Shown here: one piece after another, positions 36,275 through 50,209 of the stretch
Layout: each line of letters begins with the position of its first letter
Position numbering within the stretch: position 1 is the stretch's first letter
DNA from: Okamejei kenojei
Taxonomy: Eukaryota
Assembly: GCA_035221665.1 (NCBI GenBank)
Contig: CM069153.1
Coordinates: forward strand, 40,920,001 to 40,984,000
Direction: 5' to 3'
Length of the DNA stretch: 64,000 nucleotides
Translations under genes and position numbers: made by a program
Notes under the pieces: generated by a model
Told to the model about the DNA's origin: nothing
The model's input: only the letters and a program-made list of their open reading frames with translations
The model's database searches: none

Positions 36275-37010
36275 TCACAATCACAATAATACTTTATTAG
36301 CCAAGTATGTTTCGCAACATACGAGGAATTTCATTTGCCAAGTCAAAAGCAACGAAACACACAAAATACATTTTAACATAAACATAAACATCCACCGCAG
36401 TGACTCCTCCACATTCCTCACTGATGGAAGGTGAAAAAAAAGTTCAAATCGCTTCCATTCTATGCTCTCCCGCGGTAGAGGCCTCGAACCCTCCCTTGAC
36501 GGGACAATCTTGACTCCTGTACTTGGCGGCATTTGGGCCCTCCGCATCGGGGCAGTCAGTTCCTGCAGGGAAGGGATGTCAGCTCTCCCCGCGCTGGCGA
36601 TCGGACCCCGGGTCAGGACTGGTAGCGCCTCTGCGTCGTTGGAGCTCCCAACTAGCCTCTCCCGAGACTGAGCTCTTGATGGTAAGTTCGCGGCCGTGGT
36701 TGGAGCGATCCCAGGCAAGGGATCAGCTCCAATGTTAAGTCCACGCCCAAGTAGGGCTCAAGTCAGTCTGAGGAAACCTCCAGCGCCATCAATGGTAGGC
36801 CGCAGATCGGCCGGAGATGCGACCCGAAAAACAATTGCATCTCCGGCAAGGTAAGAAACTGAAAAAGTTTCCCCTGACCCCCTCCTCCTACCCCCACATA
36901 AAACAAACCGGGGAACATTTACACAAACTTTTAACACATACTAAAAATTAAAAGAAAAGACAAGAACACAGACTATTGGCGGGGCTGCCAATCCTGTGGC
37001 GTCCCTGGTG
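36275..37010 (-). mobile_element. GC-rich non-autonomous non-LTR element related to 23401-24265
   Basis: (CACAAT)2 tail plus TTTATT; shared CCA.ATGTTAAGTCCACG motif; similar 5' end CAGGGACGCCACAGGATTGGCAGCC. Confidence 0.7.
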
Positions 37011-37085
37011 TTTTCCACCTTGTCTACCCCTTCTGCCATCTTTTAAGAATTTTTGTCTTGCAAATACTGCCTGGTTTTGGTAAAT

Positions 37086-37392
37086 CACTGTGGTGCAATG
37101 GTAGAGTTGCTGCATTACAGCACCAGAGACCCCGGTTCGATGCTGACAGGACGTCGTCTGTATGGAGCTTGTGCATTCTCCCTATGGCTGTGGGTTTTCT
37201 CCAGGTGATCCGGTTTCCTTCCATGTTCCAAAGACGTGCTGGTTTGTAGGTTAGTTGGCTTCTATAAATTGCCTCTAGTGTGAGGGAAGTGAAACTGGGA
37301 TAACATAGAACTAGTACACGGGTGGTCGTTGTTGCCGTGGACTTGGTGGGCTAAAGGTCCTGTTTCCAAAGCTGTATCTCTAAATCTAAATG
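37086..37392 (+). mobile_element. HE1-like SINE
   Basis: A-box-like TGGTGCAATGG, B-box-like GGTTCGATGC, same core, (CTAAA)n tail. Confidence 0.85.
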
Positions 37393-38427
37393 TTTCATTT
37401 GCAAATATTTGGTTTAATGTCATTAACTTTTAGGGGTATCCATGCATGTAGCAAAATTCCCGCAAAGTACTTGCTCCAGCCTTTTTCCAAAATGTCACTA
37501 AACACAGTTTCCAGTAATGTATTCCGTTCATAACTGGAATTCTTTGCATGCTGGTTCAGAAACTTTTGTTTGTTAATTTTTGGGGGATTTGAACATTGTT
37601 GATGAGGTCATTATTTTTGCTGATTCCTAATTTTGCAACCCCAGTTGCCCTTGATAGGGTGGTGGTGAGGTTCCATCTTGGCTGCTGCAATCATTGTGAT
37701 GAAGATGGCCCTGCCAGTGATGTTGGATAGTGAATTCCAGGATATAAACCAGTCCCATTGAAGGTTTGGTGATAAATTGTCAAGTCCTGATTGTGGTTGT
37801 CATGAAGAGAACCCACACATTTGCTGTCCTTGACCTTGGTGGTAGGTTTTCAAGTTTGGCAGAGACTCAAGCAACTAACTGCAGTGCATTTTGTAGAATC
37901 AACAGCAGATGAGAAAATACCTAATACCCTACAGACTTCTAGAAATAATCTGACTCAGAATGATGCAAACTCTTCTAGATCAAGTGAGTGCACATTTCAC
38001 TGTGTATATGGGAGTCACATTTTTAAAAAATTGTGGCAATATAAGGTATTGTAAAGTTTCATGATATTGCAGAATATCTATCATATTCAATAATGTACTT
38101 CTCAGATATTCTTTAAATGTCAAACATCTGAAAACTAGAATCCCTGAATGAGAGGATGGTCGGTCGCATTCTCGTCCTCTCAGTTTGGCCACACGTGGTT
38201 TACACTTGTTCTTTGTAAATTTTTTATAAACCGTTATAAATTTTATAAAAACATATCATGCAATTAGTATAGTCTAGGAATTGACTCTTGTGGTTTGCGT
38301 GACATATTACCTTTATAATTTAAGACGACGGGGAAATTGAAGATGTCAAATCAACTGCAAAACATTGCAATTCATTAATTCTACATTTGGCAGCCGTGCA
38401 TGATGGTAGTTGGATCTGTTAGATATT

Positions 38428-38826
38428 ACTGCAAAACTCTGATCACTTGGCATCCAACGGTTCAGAAATTCCAACGGTTCTGATGGTCTATAGTCAAGCA
38501 CAACCACGGTGACTGGCTGGAGTCAGTGGCTCAGAGTACAGCTGGGGGTGGGTTCATACTGTGAGCTGGGTGAGCAACTGGAAACTGGGTTGGAATCCAG
38601 AACGGCATCATGCGTAGGATTGGAGCTCAAGCCAGTTTCCTTGTGTATTTTCTGCTCTTTTAAACTTGTAGGATTTACTGACATCTATTTTACTACTGTG
38701 TAATGTTTGTCATAAAAATTGAAAAATATCTCAGAATTAATAGGAGTCGTGTCCAGTCATGTCCAAAATATGCAGTCTGACACTATCACGGTCTTAAAGG
38801 TACCTGATCATTGGAGTTTTATTGCA
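38428..38826. mobile_element. Old Tigger-like MITE
   Basis: Degenerate TIRs TACTGCAAAACTCTGATCA / TGATCATTGGAGTTTTATTGCA. Confidence 0.45.
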
Positions 38827-41800
38827 AGTAAATGTTGTTCAAATACTACTTTCTAATGTCTACTCATTACCATCCTTTTACCACTAATATAGATAATCCT
38901 AATGTTTTAGCTAGTTGTAGTTTTATTTGATTAGAGCATCTCGGTCAGATTTTTACTGCAGAGCCACAGGGTGGTTACAGCATGGAAGACGACCATTTGA
39001 ACTGTTGCTTGTATCGATACAACATAACAATCCAACATGTCCCGCTCACCTTCCCACGTCCCGTAGCTTTGAAAATTCTTTCCTAGATTTATTCATTTTC
39101 TTTTAAATTATGTAATTTTGTCTGCCTCTACTATTATCACTTTTAGAGCATTCCAAACCCTAACTATTCACCACATAGTTTTTTCCTTTGTGCGTACGTG
39201 TTGGTTATTTTGCCTCATTTTAGAGTTCTCCCATTCAAAAATATGGTTTTCTCTAAATACTGTATAATTTAAAGTATTATTGAGATCCCTTTCCAATCTT
39301 TAAAGAACAATTCCTGCGTACCCTACATAACTGAAATCTGTCACCCCTGAATTGTTTTCATCAATATATTCTGAATTATTCTTAAATGTTTACGTTTTGC
39401 TTCGTGTGGCTCATGGAACCAAGTGAATCGAGAGTGTTTAATTATCAGTACTGAAATGGAACAATTAAATTCTTACTTGCAGAAGCATAACAGATCTGTA
39501 AACACAGTACTCAAGAGATAACATAATGAACAAAAATAATTTGAATTTTAAAAAAAAAGCAATACAAGTGCAAAAAACCAAGACAAAAGCCTAAAGTCAC
39601 TAGTGCAACCAAGACAGTTCGTACTTCGAATTTAGTTGGTGTTAGTAGTTTTTAGCAGCCACACTCATTTTACTCTACTTTGTACCTCTTGTTGCAAAGA
39701 CGTGTATGTCATATGCACTTTTAAAACCGATTTTCTTCCTGTCCCGTCATGTTAAAGAATTTTACACATTTAACATCTGTTCCTAGATCTCTTTACATGG
39801 GTTCTTGTACCCTTGTTAAAATAGTGCCATCTAATTTATATTGCCATTTGCATAGTTTCTAAAAATATTAACCTTGTTCCTCTCAGTAATTATTTTCTTC
39901 TGAAGCTCAGCAGTGTCTTGTGTGCATATTTCACTCCGCATCAGTGAATTTCTAATTATCAAAGTGAAAACGCAAACTTGCTCTAGCTATAGCTGCTATT
40001 TTGTTTTACTTTGTCACGTGCATACCCTAACAAATTAAAATCTGAGAACTATTTTTATTTGTAGTGCTTGTTTTTAGATTCATCCTCCAGTGGCGACGGG
40101 AAGATACAATATGTACACGAAGATGCACCATAAATGAATAACTGGTGTGCTTAAATGTCCAAATATTAACATGGTGACTACTTGTGGAAATTATTTAAAA
40201 TTATAAATTAGGGTAAATTTTTGGATGTGGCCTTTAGCGGATCTTGAATCTGATCAGATCTGGAATCTGGTGAGAATAATGGTTCTATAATCGATTGTGC
40301 TATATATTTTTATTTGTACAAGAGAAAGTTACATTGATCTTATGCTGAATTGCGTGGATATTGTGCTGTCACTGACAGAACTCCACTCAGCAGTTTGCTG
40401 CTATCAATAAACCTCTTGTTAAAAGATCTGCATATATTTGCATACAAATTAGATTTGTGTTCAGAGTAATGTTTATCCTGTATGTGTCTTTAAAACAAAG
40501 GCTTAAACAAATAATAGAGCTCCGCTCTGATGCAAAGTATCAATTTTGAATATTTTTTGCTATTATTTAAAAGGCTAAAAATTCTAGTTTGGATCATCAG
40601 CCTTTTTATTATGTCTAGTTAATGCCATGGTTTTACATGGTTTGTCCATTATTGCGATTGTCCGCTATAACCAAGTTGGGGGTTGGGGGTAAATATGAAT
40701 TAATTTAATACAAGGTTGGTTGGGAGGGAATGCGGCATCGGTGGTTGGTGGAGTTAAACTAGAGGGAATTCACAGGCTGGGGCCCCACACATGGTGCGCA
40801 AGGGGTGTGCCTGATAAACATGCCACCTTCATGCTGTTTGCTCTCTCCACTCCCGCAACTGGAAGCACATCATGTGGCACCAGATCATAGGGTAACCTGG
40901 AGGAAGTGGGGGGACGGTGCAACGGGAGCTTCACGCCATTACCAAGTGACCGAGGCATGCGCTGTCAGGGAAACGCAGGCACAGTGGCAGAAGCTGCCTC
41001 TGCATCCAACATCTCAGGTCCTCGCTTTGTGGCAGTTGCTGCAAACCTGTGCCCAATGCAACATTCTTCAAGAGTGTTTTGCTGCTCGTGCTTTCTCTGC
41101 TGTGCCTTTCCATTGCCCAGAGCTGCGCTGCCTGCCAACCGTCACCACACACGGACACCTTAGAACCGAAATCTGTTACCTAGAGGTGCCTAATTGTTAG
41201 GGTTTACTGCACAATAAATGGCAGCAGACCCATAACTCCACTCTTACGCCGTCCAAACAGAAAAGCAACCCTTCATAACTACCGTTTGACTCCTTTCTTT
41301 GTCAATTTTGACTGCAATTGGCTAGCTCACCTTGGGATCCATACGATCTAACCTTCCAAGCTGGCCTACCATTTGGATCCTTGTCAAAGGCCTAGCTAAA
41401 GTCCACAGAGACAATATCACTGCCCTCTTGGTGATCATCAATCCTCTTGGTGGCCTCTTCAAAAAAAACCCACCAGATTTGTGAGACATTATTTCCCATA
41501 CAAAAGCCAGGTGTACCTATCCAAATGATGGTAGATCCAGCCCCTAAGAAACCCCCTCCAACAATTTATCCATTTTCAGTTTGAAATTTTGGTAGAAAAC
41601 CCTTCATGCCGTTGGGTGCTATTTTCTGGGGGAAAAAATGTTGTAAGAAACAAGTTCATTCGCTGTAGAATGGTGGGGATCCTGAAGGATTTAATTTAAT
41701 TATATGTGATGTTTGTAGGCTATTTTCATGAAATGAGTACTGTGTCACAAAACAAACTCTAATCTTTTTAAGCGATTTGTCAATTCCACAGATGGTGCGT

Positions 41801-41913
41801 CCAGATGCACATGAGGAAGTTGTATACATTTATTTGTACAATGGTATGTTAGACTTTGTCTTGAACCAATGCCACCTGTGTACAGTATTAATTTGGCTCT
41901 GATTTATTTTTAG

Positions 41914-42486
41914 GAATATCTTCCAACACAACAGGACATTCTACTGGCACGAAGGCCCACTAAAGGAATACATGAATACGACTTTGAAATAAAAAATGTG
42001 CCCTTCAAGATGGTGGACGTGGGTGGACAAAGATCAGAACGGAGGCGTTGGTTTGAATGTTTTGATGGCGTGACTTCCATTCTCTTCCTGGTGTCGTCAA
42101 GTGAATTTGACCAAGTGCTGATGGAAGACCGGCAGACGAATCGCCTGAGTGAATCCTTGAACATCTTCGAGACGATAGTCAACAACAGAGTCTTTAGCAA
42201 TGTCTCCATTATTCTTTTCCTTAATAAGACGGACTTGCTGGAAGAAAAGGTTAAAACTATTAGCATCAGAGACTACTTTCCACAATATGAGGGAAATCCC
42301 CATGAGCTCTCCGATGTCCAACAGTTCCTTGTGCAGTGCTTTCGTGACAAACGTCGAGACCAGCAACACAAACCACTATACCATCACTTCACCACCGCCA
42401 TTAATACCGAAAATATTCGTCTGGTTTTCCGTGACGTCAAAGACACTATTCTCCATGACAACCTTAAGCAGCTGATGCTTCAGTGA
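41914..42486 (+). CDS. GNA13: G protein alpha-13, last coding exon
   Basis: ttttAG|GAA acceptor. [43 protein letters not shown]...NKTD...[31 protein letters not shown]. Has DVGGQ and NKxD motifs and the G13-specific C terminus LKQLMLQ. Confidence 0.98.
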   Translation, partial: EYLPTQQDILLARRPTKGIHEYDFEIKNVPFKMVDVGGQRSERRRWFECFDGVTSILFLVSSSEFDQVLMEDRQTNRLSESLNIFETIVNNRVFSNVSIILFLNKTDLLEEKVKTISIRDYFPQYEGNPHELSDVQQFLVQCFRDKRRDQQHKPLYHHFTTAINTENIRLVFRDVKDTILHDNLKQLMLQ

Positions 42487-45400
42487 CATCAGTTTTCTTC
42501 ATTAATTTTAATTTTTGGCATTGACAACAGCTTACACCATTGTGTGATTACGGTTGCATTTTCTTCAGAAACTTGAGGCAGCCGCAGTAAACTGCTTAAT
42601 CAGATTAATGCCAAATTTGGTTTTCAGACTTGGCTTTTCAATTGCTTTTGCTCCCAGTTGGGTAGTGCTAAGGTACTCTGTGTGTGCACTTAGACAACCC
42701 AGCAAGTTTACGATCTTGTTCCTTCAAAAATGAAGATATGTGAAAAAAATTGCCAGATAATGCAAAGCTGTGGTGTTCATTGTGGGGATTGTAACGTTAA
42801 TATCTACTATCTTCCTCTTTCAACCCCTTACCAGCCCCCACCCCCCAAAATAAAAAGGGCTATTACAGTGACAAAAATGTTTTTGAATATTACATAAACA
42901 AGTAAGCAACGCCTTAAGTATTCCTTTAGGGCGTGAATATTGCTTTTGTTATATTCAGATTGTTTTGAAAATCTTCCTAGAAAGTTTTTAAATTTTGCCT
43001 TTTGGTTACTGTTGAGGTATAGTCAGTGTGGAACATCTTGAAATGTGAAGCAGTTGTAATTTGTGTAAATTTGGATTTAAGGGAAACATTTCCCTGTTGG
43101 AAGTTTCACAGAAAAGATAATTTGTTTAATGTTTGCAGTCTTGCAACAGAGTATTATAATAGTACAAATGACAAATTTGGCAGAATTGCTTCATAATTGT
43201 ACTGGATTTGGGGCCAAATTTACTGTTTTTTATAATGCTGATACAACCATGCCATACCAACTGATGATGACCTAATGTAGTAAGCCAACATCTAATTTAC
43301 TGTTCGGTGCTACAGTAAAATGGGCTGTTTTTTTTATTATAAAGTTCCCGACCTAAACTTTTGTAATTGACAGCTGTGTGTTTAAGCTGTGGATCATACC
43401 TCAGTAAAAATGCCATTAAATTTCTATTTAGCAATGAGAGCTTTTTCTATTATTGAACCAGTGGTCTTCAGTGCAAGATGCAGTTAATATATTTGGTATT
43501 AAGGTATTTGATATTACTGTGCTTGAAATATTCCCACTGTTTGTTTAAAATAGCAATGACATAATTTAATATAATTATGATTAATGATGCCTTTTTTTTA
43601 AAAAGTTATCTGAAAATTAGCTTTTACTTAAACTGCAGTGTGTTGCAAAATACTACTATTACAGTGCTAATCATGGATAAATACCTGCTTTTAAACAGTT
43701 TGACTTTAAATTAGTTTTAAATGTGACCTTACCAAATACAGGGTTTAGAATTCACTCATGTCTCTGCAAGCCCATTCAGCTGTCATTATAAACAACAATT
43801 TGCAAAATCTATCAATGTACAATTTAGAGTGAAAATGTTGCCTATTGTTTTGTTAAAACTAGTAGTAACTGAAAATTGCAGGGAAACCAGTATGTTCCAT
43901 CGTGGGTTTTCTTAACTGTAGGATCTATTTTAAATATTACTGTCTTTTTTAGTATTTTAAACGTGCCTCAATGTTTGGGCTGTCAGAAAGTAGTAAATTC
44001 TAACCCTATTGTCTTGATGACCTGTGTTTGTTGAATAACAGGTTTGTCACAATTGTTGCTTACTGTTTTCTATTTGAATAGTTTTATAAATCAACATTTT
44101 ATTATATGCTGTCTTTTATATTGGTTTCTTAACATTCTGCATGATAAAAATATTTTCATTGTCAAAGTGCCATTTGCAGATGTTTGCAGCTGGTTTCTAC
44201 CTGATTTTGTCTTTCAGTGGTTTTCGTCAAAGAGAAAGTCAGTTCGGTGGACAGGTCTGCAGAGGCCACCAGTTTGTCAAATACATTTTAAGATTATCTG
44301 CATTCTTTAAAGGGAAAGTCAGAATTTGGAATATAGATGAAATGCTGGGCATGTTTTGCAGATCGGGTAGCATTTGTGGAGGATGAAACAGTATAGGTTG
44401 CAGATTAAAAATTGAAAATGGAAGAAATGCTCAACAGGTTGGGTAGGATGTGGTAGAAAGAGAACTGGTTCAAAATCTTTCATTGTTAATGGTGCATTGA
44501 GAATTTACAACCATTTCTGTTTTTATTTTGGATTTCCAGCCTATGCAGTTGTTGCTTCAATTTGATGGCTTGTAAAATTTGATGACCGTTGGAAAAACTG
44601 ATATGAAAAGTTGACTCTTTTTTTCCTCTGGAGATACAGCCAGGCAGTTGAGTATTCACTGTAGTTTGTTTTTAATTTCAGATTTCCAATATCTTGTATA
44701 TTGCTTGTTTTCATAACTAGGAGTAAGTTGAGCCACTTATCTGTCAATTATATGATGGGTACCAAAGAAAACGTTAAGGCACATTTGATAGGCCATTGTG
44801 AAGCCTCTAAGATGTTTCATGAAAAATATTCTTTGTTGGAATTCTGATTTCTGTTAACAAAGTTAACAAACTAAATTTACTATTGATTTGTTCAGTACAT
44901 ATGGATTTTATTTACCTTTCCATAAAAACAATATATTAAAATCCTAGGAAATTTTATGAATACAGACAGTATCATTGAATGTACCTTTGAAGAAAATTGA
45001 TTTGGCAAGAACTAGGACGTGGATTAAATCTTTGTTGTATCTGTCTAAAGTAGCATGTTCCAGTGTAGTCTACTACGCGATGTATTAAAATGTACTGTGA
45101 CGCATTAGGCTGTTATGACTGGAAACTATACTATCATCTTTATAAGATTATCAAACTGCATTTGACAAAATCTTCCAAAATAGACTTATGCTGACATTGT
45201 AAAAGCCTTAATTTTCATTTGAGTTACTATAAACCTGTGGGGAAAACTGGAAACTATAGTTGCTCATCTGACTGAACTCAATACTCAAAAATAATCACAT
45301 ATTCAAGACAATCACATCTGTGCTATTGATTACTTAAACCAATACTTAAATGGATCGGATAATAAATGTGACTATTCTTAAGAGTTGTTTTGAATAAATA

Positions 45401-48400
45401 GTGTTATGCATTTCCTTTTTTCTTGCCCATTGAAGGCCTTTAACCATATAACCATATAACAATTACAGCACGGAAACAGGCCCTCTCGGCCCTTCCAGTC
45501 CGTGCCAACCATTTGTTTTCCCCTAGTCCCATCTACCTGCACTCAGACCATACCCCTCCATTCCCTTCACGTCCATATACCTATCCACTTTACTCTTAAA
45601 TGTTAAAATCGATCCTGCCTCCACCACTTCTGCTGGAAGCTGATTCCACACAGCCACCACCCTCTGAGTAAGGAAGTTCCCCCTCACGTTACCCCGAAAC
45701 CTCTGTCCCTTAATTGGATGTAAGTGTAGATTGGCTAAAGGCTAACTATTTAACTTTTTGCCTAACATTTGCTGGGGTACGGCGCTCATTTTCGGTATCT
45801 ATTGAGATTGCCAATTAAGGATGGTTAGTACGATAGAAAAGTGCCTTCAGTAATAAGCAATCTTAACTAATTTGACAACTAAAAGCATAATACTCTACAG
45901 TAATAAGTAATCATCTCCATTCTGTGAGGCGATAAAGATGAGATTCTTAAGGATGTTCATCTCCACCTAATCCAAAACACAGTTGAAGACGGACTTGCAG
46001 TCAATACTGTGTAAATAATTCCTTTTATGCAGACTCAATAATATTGTACACTAAACCAGTGCTTTTTTTGTGATGGTACATGCCAGTACAGTGTACCAGC
46101 GCCTCTTAAAAACGTAAAAACTAGATTTATGTGCAGCAGCTAATAGTGTTGCACAAACTGTTATATATGCACTGGTACCCTTTTCTCTACAAAAAAGCAC
46201 GGCACTAAACTAAAAGATATCTTCATTATGTCATTGTTGCATAAATAGTGGTAAATTACACTGTACTGCTGCTTGATCTCTCTTTCTCTCTCACTATCAT
46301 TTGGCTTGCAAGAGTTTGGCTGAAAGACCTGTTTCCATGTATGTATAGTTCTATGACGCTCAAGAGCCATTTAAAAAAAAACAGAAAAAAATCTTCCTGC
46401 AATACATAGATGATTTTAGACCCAAGACTGTTGAGTCCTCCATTTATCTTATGACAAAGATTGCAAAGCCAAATCATAGAACTAACTAGCTTGATTTGTT
46501 AAATGGGAACATGACACTCATAACCCTTTATGTTTTGTAAACAGACAGAAAAATAAAAAAAAGTTTTCTGGAAGACTTTCTGGTGAAAGTTTTACTTCCA
46601 AAAGTGCTGTTTATTTGTTCAATTTTGTAAGCAATTTAAGATGAACATTAGGCAATATTTGTGTACCAATTTTATGCTTCCATTAGTTTTTATACGAGGT
46701 CGCCATTTTCTTTAGTGAAGTAATTTGATCTTGTCCTTCATTTTAGCGCTCTGGCAAATCCATCTGAGGTATGTTTAACTTCATTTCTGAAAATAAGACA
46801 GCTTATAACTTCAAAAAAGATTTTAACTTCACTTATCTACTTATTTATCTAAATTGCCAATAACTCCTCAAAGCTGATTCAGAACCAGTATGCCACTTCG
46901 TGCACTAGCCAACTTAATTATTTATTTAATTTGTTCTTTCATTTAATTCAAAGCTTTTGTTTTTAAACCTTGCATTCAGGTACTCTTAGTCAATAAGTGA
47001 GCATCATTCATTTAATGGTCTTGCTGAGTTTAGGCCTTAAACAGGATAGCAACCCATTTACTATATCAATTTCTATGCAGACAAGGTTCATACCATTATA
47101 TCATCTTATGTCATTCAAAATACATTTCATTTTCAGAGATATCTCTAATTTGCCTTTATTTTTAGGTTCTCTTTGCATGTGCCGATTATTGAAATGCACT
47201 TTCCAATAAATCTGAAGTAGAAAAGATTAAACGTTAGTTTTATAGTCTTAATATAGCAATAAGTTGCAGTGTATAAAATTCACAGCAGTCTTAAACATCA
47301 AAACGAATTGAAAGTCATTATTTTTCAGAAGATAGATCCAAAGTATCCAGAAAGAGTTACATTTGCTTTTCATTAATGTTTGTGAGATTGTTCACATTAA
47401 TTGTATATAAATTGGATGTCTAACAAGCTAATAACATAAATCTGTAGCAACAAATTCAGTGATTTCTGAATAGGCTGTTGTCGGTAATGCTAACAATGAA
47501 TGGAATGACTGTTGCATCATTGTTCCTAAACTATTGTGATGAATCAAACGTTAGTTATCGGGATCAATGGCTAATGATTATTGTAATTTGGTTGGTTCAC
47601 CAGCCAGTGTTACTTTTGCTAATAGTTGGGTATAACATTAATGGTATGTACAAAGGTAACTTTTCTCAAAAGCTTAATAATAAAGAATATAGGTCCTATA
47701 TGTTATATGTTGATTAGACAATAGTTACATTGGAGTGTTACACCATGAGAAGAAGAAACTGACAATGTCATAATCCACATATGCAGTATGGAGTGACATT
47801 TTCAGACGGACCCATTAAAGAGAATGGGCATGTCCCCAACTTCATTCAAAACTGTCTCTGTTTCCACATTCTCCAGCATGCATGAAATGAAAAAGAGTAG
47901 CACAGTGACTACTTATTCAGCTTAGAGGATGGGGAAAAAATTGTCCCCAGAGGATGTCTTTGGAATTGAAATTCTGGTCTATAAGTATACTGATTTTGAA
48001 AATCGAAGGAGGCAGCACTCTAGAGGACATCATATGATATTTTCAAAGTAGATTTTGGTTTTAATGCTACTGGAAAGGTGCATGTGAACACCAAACCTTG
48101 TGAGCTCTGTTCTTTACAAATACTACTTCCAATTTCCAAATGTTTTTTCAATTTTCTTGTTTACTGGAGGCACTGGCTTTTGAGGTACTAATGTGTGCTA
48201 ATATCGGTCCTCTGGTACTTTGCTTGGCTCGTAATGTGCAAACGAAATAGTGCTGATACTGTGCTAGACCAGGTTTCATTCTCAAGGGTGTAGCTGAAGT
48301 ACAGTTCAAGGGTTGTAATTCATTTGCTTTGTGAAGTGCATGTTTTAGACACTGAATCATTGGAAAATCTCCAGTATCTTTAATTAGTATTCTCAACTTT

Positions 48401-49945
48401 ATTCTGCACTGAAATTGGCAAGCAAATTGGCTTTAAATAAAAAAAACTTAGATAATTGTGAGAAATTAAAGATCATCTTTAATTACTTTCTCTTTAATTT
48501 ACATCTATGCAATTGTCATCTTTTCTCAAAGTTTTGACACTTGAAAGTTGTTTTTAAAATATCAGAAACCATGCACTCTTTATGTAGTAGCCAACATTTA
48601 CCAATTGACTTGGGCAGGCTATGCAATCAAGGTGACATCACTTCCGTACCTAATTCCTATTGAAAATTAATGTGCACTTTCCAGCAAAATTGTTGTCTGT
48701 TTACAATTAGTTACTGAGGGTACTTGCTCTGTTTCTCTCCCTATCTCTTCCCCCCACCCCCCATGCTCTATGATTTGAGTTCAGGAATCTCAGCACATAC
48801 TGGAAATAAACCTGTGATTTTTAGATTCTCTGATTTGGTGCCTTTATCAGGCCGTTCCTTCTGTTTAATTGTGGATAATTAGTATGAATACTACTCCATA
48901 AGTATGTAGAACTGCTTGGTCCATTTGTGTTCTGTTGGCAGAAGATTGCTGTTTCTGAAGTTTTGACCATGATTGGAGAAAGATTAATAATTGGTTGAGA
49001 GATGTCTTAACACATAACTCTGCATTGCTGAAGCCAAAGCAGAACTTTAAAAACAACGTATTGCCTGCTTGTAAGACCATAAACAGCCTTTATTCTACGA
49101 ATTATGATCCCTCACAGCTGGCAATTTGTTAATTAAAGATATTAGTGTATCATGCACTTTTTGTCTTCACATTATTAATGAAATAATTAATATTTGAGTT
49201 GGTCAGTTGAATAAAACGTTGTCAAAGATCAAGAAGATGCATGTGTTATTCAACTCGGATTAAGGCTTACTTTCATTTGTAATGTATGTTAGTGGTAAGG
49301 TGCTGCTAGAAGAATTTGTTTGCTTTTGTTACTTTGGTGTGTGCCTTTAGTCATATTGCCTAGTTTCTGATAAAACAGTTTAGAAATGTACATATTTTCT
49401 GCATTTGTACAACATGCTCCATTATTCTCGACATTCTTATCTGAATCTTGATAATTTCAGTGGCATTACTTGAATTGGAAATATTTTAAGCAAGATATCC
49501 AGAATTTATAGAAAATAGGCTCTTAGCACAGGGATTTATTCAATAATCATTTTCTTTTAAATAAAAGCAAAAAATGGTTAAACAATGCTTTAGCTAAAAG
49601 TATTTTAACTATTCATTTAACCAGTATACTATTGTATAGGAACATTTTTGTGGTTTTATATCTTCATGGATTTGGGGGGTGGATATGGACTGAATCTTTT
49701 ACATTGTTTTACTTTCACTTTTTGTTGTATATTTTTCTTCGTTCAGAAATGGCAGTAAATTATTCAGATTGGAAAGCTGAGAGTAACTGCTTGTTTTGAT
49801 TTAATGCTTTAGTTAATAGTAATGCTGTTTCATTATATTGCTGCTGTTATATTGGTCTGTACATACCATGCAGAAGTTTGTCTTTGCAGCCATTAATGCC
49901 TAAAATAAATTTACTGACGTGTATTAAACATATACAATTTTTGTT
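42487..49945 (+). other. GNA13: Putative long GNA13 3' UTR (end inferred)
   Basis: AT-rich and much poorer in repeats than the flanks. Candidate poly(A) signals: AATAAA 47205-47210, and AATAAA 49904-49909 / ATTAAA 49923-49928 followed by a T/GT-rich tract. Confidence 0.55.
45441..45715 (-). mobile_element. Young CR1 3' fragment in the putative GNA13 3' UTR
   Basis: Near-identical to 7329-7602. Confidence 0.95.
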
Positions 49946-49960
49946 TGGTCTGTCATGACT
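49904..49960 (+). terminator. Candidate distal polyadenylation signal of GNA13
   Basis: AATAAA plus ATTAAA, then TTTTTGTTTGGTCTGT downstream element, near the point where dense repeats resume. Confidence 0.5.
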
Positions 49961-50209
49961 TTGTATTACTGGAATTCAATGTTCATACTGTTGGACTGTA
50001 GGCTACCCAAATGGAATATAAGGTGCTGTTCTTCAATTTTAAGGTTAAAAATCTTTATATGTTTTAATAATTGTCTTTGTAGAGATGAAGGCAGAGGCAA
50101 CATCCTCATTTAGCCAGTTATCATTGTCAGTTGTAACCTAATCTCACCTATTGGTATCAACGGAAGTTTGCCTTGGAATTACTAACAGAAAAGGCACAGA
50201 TTAATTAAA

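Noticed and set aside
37086-37160. tRNA gene from A/B-box motifs
   Set aside because: It is a SINE head continuing into SINE core and tail; no complete cloverleaf.
41910-42475. Antisense and alternative-frame ORFs over the GNA13 last exon
   Set aside because: Shadow frames of the real CDS.
41914-42486. Assignment as GNA12
   Set aside because: The C terminus [11 protein letters not shown] and [19 protein letters not shown] match G-alpha-13; G-alpha-12 ends LQENLKDIMLQ.
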